The notes below the pieces were generated by a model, which saw only the letters and a program-made list of their open reading frames with translations, ran no database searches and had not been told where the DNA came from. Positions 57,700 through 64,000 of a DNA stretch of 64,000 bases are shown here, in pieces (the stretch's first letter is position 1; each line of letters starts with the position of its first letter). The position numbers were made by a program, and so were the translations under genes. This DNA comes from an uncultured Gammaproteobacteria bacterium (GTDB lineage Bacteria > Patescibacteriota > Microgenomatia > Daviesbacterales > UBA10151): the NCBI GenBank assembly GCA_964500725.1, contig CAZCNP010000004.1:12139-76138 (forward strand), given 5' to 3'.

Positions 57700-57772
57700 T
57701 ACCAGGGGTGGGGTGCGCGCCCACGACCGCCGGGATATGAATCCGGTGCTCTACTAGCTGAGCTACCCTGGC
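57700..57772 (-). tRNA. tRNA(CAU) (elongator Met-like) with a non-canonical T-loop
   Basis: A 73-nt cloverleaf forms on the minus strand. The acceptor is GCCAGGG/CCCTGGT, the D-arm GCTC-AGCTAGTA-GAGC and the anticodon arm CCGGA-TTCATAT-CCCGG. The T-arm is GTGGG-CGCGCAC-CCCAC, which lacks T54, psi55 and A58, and the D-loop has A18 instead of G18. Confidence 0.5.
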
Positions 57773-57838
57773 ATAAATCCTGAATAAGGGAATTTTATCA
57801 TATTGACTACCTATAACCCACTGGTTTACTGTTAAACT

Positions 57839-59212
57839 ATGACTTCTAATAAAATCCTGGAAACAGTAGTCAGCGCTCCAGCAATTATGCTGGATAAAAC
57901 AATTGACACTTCCAAACAAATTACACAAACCTTCAATTCCCACAAACACTTTGGCCAGGCCAAACAATATTGGAAAAGCCTTGGTCCAGGCTTAACAACT
58001 GGCGCAGCAGATGATGATCCTTCTGGCATTACTACCTATTCTCAGGTAGGAGCAGCTTACGGCTTTAACTTTTTATGGCTGGCTCCGTATTCTTTTCCTT
58101 TAATGGCAGTAATCCAGGAAATGTGTGCTAGGATTGGACTTGTCACTGGTCGGGGCCTGGCAGCAAATATCAGACAAAACTACCCTAGGTGGGTTTTGTA
58201 TATTGCTACCCTTTTACTCTTTGTTGCCAATACATTAAATATTGGCGCAGATTTAGGAGCAATGGCCAAAGCAACCCAGCTGCTACTGCCTCAAGCTAGC
58301 TTCACCACTCTAATTTTAGGCTTTACTATCATCAGCTTAGCTCTGCAAATATTTACCACATATGAAAAATATGCCAAGTACTTAAAATGGTTAGCCTTAA
58401 TCCTTTTATCCTATGTTTTTTCTGCCCTTACTATCAATATAAACTGGGTAGAGGTGCTGCAAAAATCTATCATTCCTACCATTGTTATATCTAAAGATCA
58501 AATATTTTTAATCACTGCTGTTTTAGGAACCACTATTTCACCTTATTTATTTTTCTGGCAAACTTCACAGGAAGTTGAAGAACAAATTTTAGATGGCAAG
58601 ACTACCCTAAAACTTCGTCAGGCTGAAACAACCCGCCAGGAAGTTAAAAATATGAGAACAGATGTCTGGTCAGGGATGTTTTTATCAAATTTAGTCATGT
58701 TTTTTATCATTGCAGCTGCAGCAGCCACTTTAAACACCCATGGGATAACCAATATTACCAATGCTGCTCAAGCAGCAGAGGCTTTAAGACCAATAGCTGG
58801 AGAAAAAACTTATCTGCTTTTTGCCTTAGGAGTTATTGGAACAGGCATGTTGGCAGTTCCCATCTTGGCAGGATCTGCCTCTTATGCTCTATCTGAATGT
58901 ATGGGCTGGAAATTTGGGCTGTATAGAAAGCTACGCGAGGCTAATGCTTTTTATGGCGTAATTATTATCTCCACCGGTATCGGACTGCTTATTAACCTAC
59001 TGGGATTTGATACCATCAAGGCATTAATCTATTCTGCTGTGTTAAACGGCCTAATGGCTCCTGTAATTTTAACTTTAATAGTATTACTAAGCAGTAATTC
59101 TAAAATTATGGATAAATGGGTGAATGGAAGAATTACTAATATTCTTGGCTGGGCAGTTGTGGCTTTGATGAGCTTGGCAGGCATAGCAACGATTGTTTCA
59201 CTACTTACATAA
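57839..59212 (+). CDS. mntH: NRAMP-family divalent metal transporter (MntH-like)
   Basis: The NRAMP signature LGPGLTTGAADDDPSGITTYSQVGA is present, and there are about 11 transmembrane helices. Confidence 0.85.
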   Translation: MTSNKILETVVSAPAIMLDKTIDTSKQITQTFNSHKHFGQAKQYWKSLGPGLTTGAADDDPSGITTYSQVGAAYGFNFLWLAPYSFPLMAVIQEMCARIGLVTGRGLAANIRQNYPRWVLYIATLLLFVANTLNIGADLGAMAKATQLLLPQASFTTLILGFTIISLALQIFTTYEKYAKYLKWLALILLSYVFSALTININWVEVLQKSIIPTIVISKDQIFLITAVLGTTISPYLFFWQTSQEVEEQILDGKTTLKLRQAETTRQEVKNMRTDVWSGMFLSNLVMFFIIAAAAATLNTHGITNITNAAQAAEALRPIAGEKTYLLFALGVIGTGMLAVPILAGSASYALSECMGWKFGLYRKLREANAFYGVIIISTGIGLLINLLGFDTIKALIYSAVLNGLMAPVILTLIVLLSSNSKIMDKWVNGRITNILGWAVVALMSLAGIATIVSLLT

Positions 59213-59437
59213 GTTAAGCTTCTCTTTTTTACTCCAACTTTTGATTTCAGCCTCTCTTTTTAAAGCCTCTGGATGAGTAATTATTTTTTCCTGATACACA
59301 ATTCTAAGCGGTGGATGAGATCTGGTGTATCTGCCACCCTTCCCTTTTTTATGTTCGTTAAATCTTTTTTGAAGATTATTAGTAATTCCTGTATATAAAC
59401 TTCCATCTTGGCAGAGCAAAATATATACAACCCACAT
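59201..59437 (-). CDS. GIY-YIG nuclease family protein
   Basis: The segment VVYILLCQDGSLYTGITNNLQKRFNEHKKGKGGRYT is the GIY-YIG motif with the conserved Arg, Glu and Asn. The protein is 78 aa. Confidence 0.8.
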   Translation of the reverse strand: MWVVYILLCQDGSLYTGITNNLQKRFNEHKKGKGGRYTRSHPPLRIVYQEKIITHPEALKREAEIKSWSKKEKLNLCK

Positions 59438-59463
59438 TTAGTAATTATATGTTACAATATGCA

Positions 59464-59535
59464 CGCGGGGAAGTGTAACGGCTGCACACAAGGCTCATAA
59501 TCTTGAGGCAGTAGGTTCAACTCCTACCCCCGCAA
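59464..59535 (+). tRNA. tRNA-Met (CAU), initiator-like (C1xA72 mismatch)
   Basis: A 72-nt cloverleaf with acceptor CGCGGGG...CCCCGCA and A73, the same ends as bacterial tRNA-fMet. The anticodon loop is CTCATAA and the T-loop TTCAACT. Confidence 0.75.
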
Positions 59536-59548
59536 CACAATTTAGTCC

Positions 59549-59842
59549 TTGAAAAGTCCTGAAATTGGTGCTATACTAGCTTCAATGATTACTCAACAAA
59601 CTCAGATAAAAATAAATCTTCCTCTAGCTCTTAAAGAATTTTTGGAGAGCAAAGCCAACAAATTTGGCATGCCTTTAGCAGGTTATATCAAACATTTAAT
59701 GTTAAAAGATGTAGAAGAAATGGAATATCCTGTATTTGAAGCATCTGATAGAACTATCCGAAAAGCCAAGGAGGCTTTAAAGAATAAAGATAAGTCCATA
59801 CTAGTGGAAGATATTGATGGATTTTTCAAAAATCTAAAATAA
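59549..59842 (+). CDS. antitoxin of a RelE/ParE-type pair (RHH-like)
   Basis: Its stop overlaps the start of the downstream RelE/ParE-like toxin gene. The true start is likely the internal MITQQT. Confidence 0.45.
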   Translation: MKSPEIGAILASMITQQTQIKINLPLALKEFLESKANKFGMPLAGYIKHLMLKDVEEMEYPVFEASDRTIRKAKEALKNKDKSILVEDIDGFFKNLK

Positions 59843-60114
59843 TGCAAATCCGGCTGGACGGAAAGCTTCAAAAAGAACTTGAAGTCCTAAGTAAAAAAGA
59901 TCTAAAGCTTTTTAAGAAAGTTCAGAAACAACTAAATCTTTTTGCTGACAATCCCAAACATAAATCGCTTCGTGTTCATAAACTTTCAGGAGAACTCGAG
60001 AATATGCGAAGTATTTCTATTACTAAAAGTATAAGAATGAGTTATTTACAAAACGGTAATGAAGCTTACTTTTTTGATATTGGAACTCATGATGAAGTTT
60101 ATAGAAAAAAATAG
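59842..60114 (+). CDS. RelE/ParE-family toxin
   Basis: A 90-aa protein with C-terminal ...YFFDIGTHDEVYRK, a typical RelE/ParE ending. Confidence 0.65.
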   Translation: MQIRLDGKLQKELEVLSKKDLKLFKKVQKQLNLFADNPKHKSLRVHKLSGELENMRSISITKSIRMSYLQNGNEAYFFDIGTHDEVYRKK

Positions 60115-60115
60115 G

Positions 60116-60466
60116 TTATTTGAAGAATAGTTTTAACCAGCCTAACCAGTTTGGCAGTCTGATTTGAGCAGAAGAACTAACTCCTAAGATCGTTTTTAAT
60201 TTTTCCTCAGGAATAACTACTACAGTCTCCCCTTTTTTGGCAAATCCTAATTTATTTCTCACCTCTTGCTCAATAAATTCAGGAGATTGTATTAAAGAAA
60301 GCTCTTTTTTTAACTGCCGGTTTTTGATCTCCAGCTTGTAAACTACCTCTGCAGCTTGAGACAGCCTCTCCCCTGACTTGGCTGTCTCAACAGCTTGAGT
60401 AATTAAGTTATACCCTATTATTAAACTTACTAAAATTATCAATCCTAAACTGATCTTTTTGATCAT
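60116..60466 (-). CDS. septum-formation initiator family protein (FtsB/DivIC-like)
   Basis: An N-terminal transmembrane helix is followed by a coiled coil LEIKNRQLKKELSLIQSPEFIEQEVR. Confidence 0.5.
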   Translation of the reverse strand: MIKKISLGLIILVSLIIGYNLITQAVETAKSGERLSQAAEVVYKLEIKNRQLKKELSLIQSPEFIEQEVRNKLGFAKKGETVVVIPEEKLKTILGVSSSAQIRLPNWLGWLKLFFK

Positions 60467-60484
60467 AATTTTAAAAATTGTGTA

Positions 60485-61384
60485 TTGACATCTATAACCT
60501 ATAACATTATAATATGTATTATGATTACTCTACGCGATGCACACCAGCAATTCATTGGACACCTTAAAGGCAAATCCAGAGCCTCAGCTACTATCTTAGC
60601 TTATGGCAAAGACATTGATCAACTGGTAAGCTATTTACAAGACTTGGGCAAAACAGATCCAAAAAGTGTAACAACTGAGGATTTAGTAGCTTTTATGCAA
60701 AAGTTGAGCAAAGAAGACTACACCCCAAAATCAATCTCTAGAAAAACTAACTCTACTAAAACCTTCTTCAAATATTTAAAAACATCAAACATTATTGATG
60801 CTGACCCAGCCACTAACTTAGAACACCCAAAATTTGAAAATAAACCCCCTAGGATTTTAACCAAATTAGAATACCGCAGTCTGCGCGATGCAGCCAGAGC
60901 AGATACTAGAATGATAGCAGTTATAGAATTGCTTTTACAAACTGGCATTAGAATTGGAGAACTTGCCAAACTCAGGGTTGAGGATATTGATTTGGAAAAC
61001 CTCACACTTCATGTTCCCCTATTTGAAGACACCAGAGAAAGAACTATCCCATTAAATAAATCAGCAGCTGAAGCCATTAAAAATTACCTTCCCAAAAGAG
61101 CAAAAACTCCAAATCATGCCCTTTTTGTCACCAAAACTGGCAGACCTTTACTTATTAGAAATATCAGAACTGCCATTGATAGATACTTTAGGGTAGCTGG
61201 TATTAAAGGAGCTAAAGTTAATGATTTAAGACACACTTGGGTAGCTTTTCAATTACAAGCAGGTGTTCCTATGACTATGGTTTCAAAACTTGCAGGTCAC
61301 AAAAGACTCTCCACCACTGAAAAATACCTTCAATTTATCCAGGGACAAACAGTTGAAGGTAAAGTCAAATTAGAAGAGCTTTAA
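60485..61384 (+). CDS. tyrosine recombinase (XerC/XerD-like, phage-integrase family)
   Basis: The catalytic region reads LRHTWVAFQLQAGVPMTMVSKLAGHKRLSTTEKYLQ, with R, H..R and Y. An N-terminal SAM-like domain is present. Confidence 0.85.
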   Translation: MTSITYNIIICIMITLRDAHQQFIGHLKGKSRASATILAYGKDIDQLVSYLQDLGKTDPKSVTTEDLVAFMQKLSKEDYTPKSISRKTNSTKTFFKYLKTSNIIDADPATNLEHPKFENKPPRILTKLEYRSLRDAARADTRMIAVIELLLQTGIRIGELAKLRVEDIDLENLTLHVPLFEDTRERTIPLNKSAAEAIKNYLPKRAKTPNHALFVTKTGRPLLIRNIRTAIDRYFRVAGIKGAKVNDLRHTWVAFQLQAGVPMTMVSKLAGHKRLSTTEKYLQFIQGQTVEGKVKLEEL

Positions 61385-61681
61385 ATTCTTGCCAGCAGCC
61401 TTTAGCGATATTCCTATTAGGTACATTATATATAGCAGAATAAGGCTTAATCCAAAAGTCATTATAGATACTATTAGATACTGAGTCATCTCATTATGTT
61501 GATAAAAACCAGCTGCTGTTCCTATCCAAACACTAATCATAAATGGAAACAGAGGAATAAATGCTAACCATAAAATAAGGTCTGAAGAGATTATCCATAA
61601 CAGAAAAAATAGGATAAAACAAAAAAGAGTCCATAATCCAGCTAGTAAGAGAAGTATACGGAACGAGAGAGGTTTATTCAT
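61370..61681 (-). CDS. hypothetical membrane protein
   Basis: A 103-aa protein with three predicted transmembrane helices. Confidence 0.4.
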   Translation of the reverse strand: MNKPLSFRILLLLAGLWTLFCFILFFLLWIISSDLILWLAFIPLFPFMISVWIGTAAGFYQHNEMTQYLIVSIMTFGLSLILLYIMYLIGISLKAAGKNLKLF

Positions 61682-61700
61682 ATGCGGTCAGACCTGGATT

Positions 61701-61774
61701 TGGTAGGCCCGGAAGGAATCGAACCCTCGTCTTGACTGTATAAGAATCAGGTATTACCATTATACGACGGGCCT
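61701..61774 (-). tRNA. tRNA-Ile (UAU)
   Basis: A 74-nt cloverleaf with encoded CCA. The acceptor is AGGCCCG/CGGGCCT with A73, the D-arm GTAT-AATGGTA-ATAC, the anticodon arm TGATT-CTTATAC-AGTCA (anticodon TAT) and the T-arm GAGGG-TTCGATT-CCTTC. Confidence 0.6.
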
Positions 61775-61805
61775 GCCGCTAATTGTACCAAAGATTCCAG
61801 AAAAA

Positions 61806-63983
61806 CTACAACTGGGCTCTTGAGGCTACCTCTGCTTCTACTTGGGTCACATCTTTGCCAAACTTTAACCTAGATAACTCTCTGATTGCCTGGCCTATTT
61901 GAGGATTTAACATTGCTTGCCATTTTTTCATATCTTTGGTGGTATCCAGTGAAAATGGCACCACTGGTTCACCATGAACAATAGTTTTAATATAAGCATG
62001 AGGAGATTCTATATTTACCAAATCAGCCTCAGTAAAAGTGGGGGAAAATTCATGCTGCAGGTAATTGGCATCAGTAACTCCCACTCTAAAGCCAATTACT
62101 GTACCCACATTACCAAAAACAGCATTTTTTAAATCCTCCCCAATTTGGCCAATAAATTGGTTAGCCACAGTTAAATTAAGTCTATATTTTCTAGCCTCAG
62201 ATAAAATATCTGCAAAAGTATCTGTGGCAAAATTTTGGAACTCGTCAACATACAAATAAAAATCTCTTCTTTTTTCCATATCCATATCCGATCGGGACAT
62301 GGCTGCTTGCAAAATTTTGGGGACCAAAATTAATCCCAGGAAGTTGGAATTTTCCTCCCCTATTCTTCCCTTTGATAAATTCATAATCAAAATTTTACCC
62401 TCATCCATAACTTGTCTTAAGTTAAAAGCAGACTTTGATTGACCAATAATATTTCTCATCATCCTATTGGTAACAAAACGGCCAAACTTGGAAACTGTGT
62501 AGTCCAACACTTCTGATTTATGAAAATCTGTAGTTTGGGCAATTTGATCTGTCCAATAACGCCTAACCACTGGATCAGAAACTTTTGGCAGCAATTCTCT
62601 GACAAAATTAGCATCAGTCATCAGCCTAACCACTTCAACAAAAGTAGCTCCAGGGCTGCTCATTGCAGTCAACATCGCATTTCTGACCCCATGCTCAAAA
62701 CGGGGACCAATAATACCTGTTTTATTAGGATCAAACAGCTTATACATCAAACCAATAATAGAGGCTACCACAAAATGTTTTTGCTCCTCAGTGTAGGATT
62801 CAAGCATGTTTAAACCAAAAGGCCTACTCATATCTGAAGGGTCAAAATAAATAACATCTTCAGATCTGTGGGAAGGAATAAGCTGCAGCAACTCCTCTGC
62901 TGCATCCCCATGTGGGTCAATAAAACACAATCCTTTTCCTGCTAAAATATCCTGCAGCATTAAACTTTTCAAAAGCTCTGATTTACCAGTTCCTGTTCTA
63001 CCAATAATATACATATGCCTGCGCCTATCATCCTCTGATAAATAGACAGGTCTTTCAACACCTCGAAAAACTGATTTACCTAAATAAAGACCAGAGGTAG
63101 GAATTTTTTCCGGGGCTGGAGCCCTTTTGGAAGAAAGCCAGCTGATATAGGGTGTTTCTACGGACTTATTTGGAAGATGCAAAATCGAAGCAAGCTCATC
63201 TGCTGTTAAAACCGAAACCTTACTATACCTTGGCATATATCGGTAAATAAAATCAGTTAAAAATCCCTTTTCAGAATAAACCTTTGCCCCAGAGAAAGAA
63301 TTGTAGGGACCGCTAAATTGTTCAAAAGCTGCTTTGATATTAGTAAGATGCGCCTTGGCAGATTCAGCTGAAGTGCTTGAAGTCACAATCCTGATACTAG
63401 TTTCAAAGCCTGCCTTAGAGAGTTTTCCTTCCACTGCTTCGAGCTGTTTTGCATCTGGTGGGGCTTTAGGATTTTTCTCATCTCCTGGGTCTTTTTCTTT
63501 TTTCAGCCACTTTTTACCAATATCTTTCCAAGTGCTATCAGCTGGAGAAATCATCATCTGAATAGCTGCGCCTTCGTTTACCTGCATTTTGGCCAAAGCT
63601 GAGGTAACAGCAGAAAGAGGGTCTGTAGGCAAGTCTCTAAAAGTTTTAATTGGAAAATGATCAGCGCCTTTTAACTTTAGTTGGGCATAAGCTGTTTCTC
63701 CTACTTCAGAAAAAATATTATATTCAGGAACTTCTTTAATTTCTGCATCAGGGTATGCTCCATGAATTTGTTTTTCTACTAAATCTTGATGCGCTCTATG
63801 ACAGGATATAAAAAACCTTATAGACTCATGCAAGGCCACAATCTCAAAAGATAAATGGGGCTGTGGAGTAAACATAGACAACATCCCCCCAGATTTTCTT
63901 AAGGAGGCAAAGGTGGCAAAAAGTTGTTCAGCAGCATCAATTTTGATTTCATTTCCGCGCGGGACTTTTATCTGCAGAAGCAC
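61806..63983 (-). CDS. HerA/FtsK-like P-loop ATPase (DUF87-type; T4SS coupling-protein/VirD4-like family)
   Basis: The Walker A region MYIIGRTGTGKSELLKSL is followed by CFIDPHGD and the Walker B FYLYVDEFQNF. An N-terminal domain of about 330 aa precedes them. Confidence 0.5.
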   Translation of the reverse strand: MLLQIKVPRGNEIKIDAAEQLFATFASLRKSGGMLSMFTPQPHLSFEIVALHESIRFFISCHRAHQDLVEKQIHGAYPDAEIKEVPEYNIFSEVGETAYAQLKLKGADHFPIKTFRDLPTDPLSAVTSALAKMQVNEGAAIQMMISPADSTWKDIGKKWLKKEKDPGDEKNPKAPPDAKQLEAVEGKLSKAGFETSIRIVTSSTSAESAKAHLTNIKAAFEQFSGPYNSFSGAKVYSEKGFLTDFIYRYMPRYSKVSVLTADELASILHLPNKSVETPYISWLSSKRAPAPEKIPTSGLYLGKSVFRGVERPVYLSEDDRRRHMYIIGRTGTGKSELLKSLMLQDILAGKGLCFIDPHGDAAEELLQLIPSHRSEDVIYFDPSDMSRPFGLNMLESYTEEQKHFVVASIIGLMYKLFDPNKTGIIGPRFEHGVRNAMLTAMSSPGATFVEVVRLMTDANFVRELLPKVSDPVVRRYWTDQIAQTTDFHKSEVLDYTVSKFGRFVTNRMMRNIIGQSKSAFNLRQVMDEGKILIMNLSKGRIGEENSNFLGLILVPKILQAAMSRSDMDMEKRRDFYLYVDEFQNFATDTFADILSEARKYRLNLTVANQFIGQIGEDLKNAVFGNVGTVIGFRVGVTDANYLQHEFSPTFTEADLVNIESPHAYIKTIVHGEPVVPFSLDTTKDMKKWQAMLNPQIGQAIRELSRLKFGKDVTQVEAEVASRAQL

Positions 63984-64000
63984 AAACTGTAGAGATTCTT

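Noticed and set aside
57695-58029. Two minus-strand ORFs (90 aa and 65 aa) at 57695..58029
   Set aside because: They overlap the tRNA at 57700..57772 and the 5' end of the NRAMP gene, and they have no motif. They are spurious.
61806-63983. Calling the 725-aa ATPase specifically VirD4/TraG (T4SS coupling protein)
   Set aside because: The N-terminal TM helices typical of coupling proteins are not evident. The DPHGD motif fits HerA/DUF87 equally well, so I kept a generic HerA/FtsK-like call.
1-64000. CRISPR arrays, rRNA genes, prophage structural genes
   Set aside because: I saw no regularly spaced direct repeats with unique spacers, no rRNA-like conserved blocks and no capsid, terminase or portal signatures on either strand.

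Overview
This 64-kb window is AT-rich and densely packed with short genes on both strands. Gene content looks like a Candidate Phyla Radiation (Patescibacteria)-type bacterium; that assignment is an inference from content, not a database hit.

Housekeeping genes I can support from motifs:
- A mevalonate-pathway cluster: a partial GHMP kinase, mevalonate kinase, diphosphomevalonate decarboxylase and a probable Nudix-type IPP isomerase.
- A pyrimidine operon (pyrC ... pyrB-carA-carB) that is split by a 2.2-kb accessory insert.
- Other core genes: pth, an inositol monophosphatase (SuhB-like), polA, ftsH, trpS, recF, fpg, an ATP-dependent DNA ligase, an EndoQ-like PHP nuclease, class I fructose-bisphosphate aldolase, a GlpX-like phosphatase, tdh-kbl, and an NRAMP, a ZIP and an MFS transporter.
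- A cell-envelope locus with a glycoside hydrolase, three glycosyltransferases and an ABC exporter.
- Three tRNAs within 4 kb: an initiator-like tRNA-Met(CAU), a tRNA(CAU) with an aberrant T-loop, and an unusual tRNA-Ile(UAU).

The accessory content is what stands out:
- At least 11 type II toxin-antitoxin pairs, several wedged inside conserved operons.
- Two families of short repeat elements inserted in frame into housekeeping genes (polA, trpS and a GT4 glycosyltransferase), reminiscent of Rickettsia palindromic elements.
- Heptamer tandem arrays flanking the ABC exporter.
- Tandem Phd-PIN cassettes that share a 30-bp operator and are bounded by a duplicated fragment of the trpS 5' end.
- A GC-rich structured-RNA candidate next to the mevalonate genes.
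- A Fic protein, an acyl-adenylate ligase with an extra C-terminal (GNAT-like) domain, and compositionally atypical genes of unknown function.
- A tyrosine recombinase plus a HerA/VirD4-like ATPase next to a tRNA at the right edge.

No CRISPR array or rRNA was seen.
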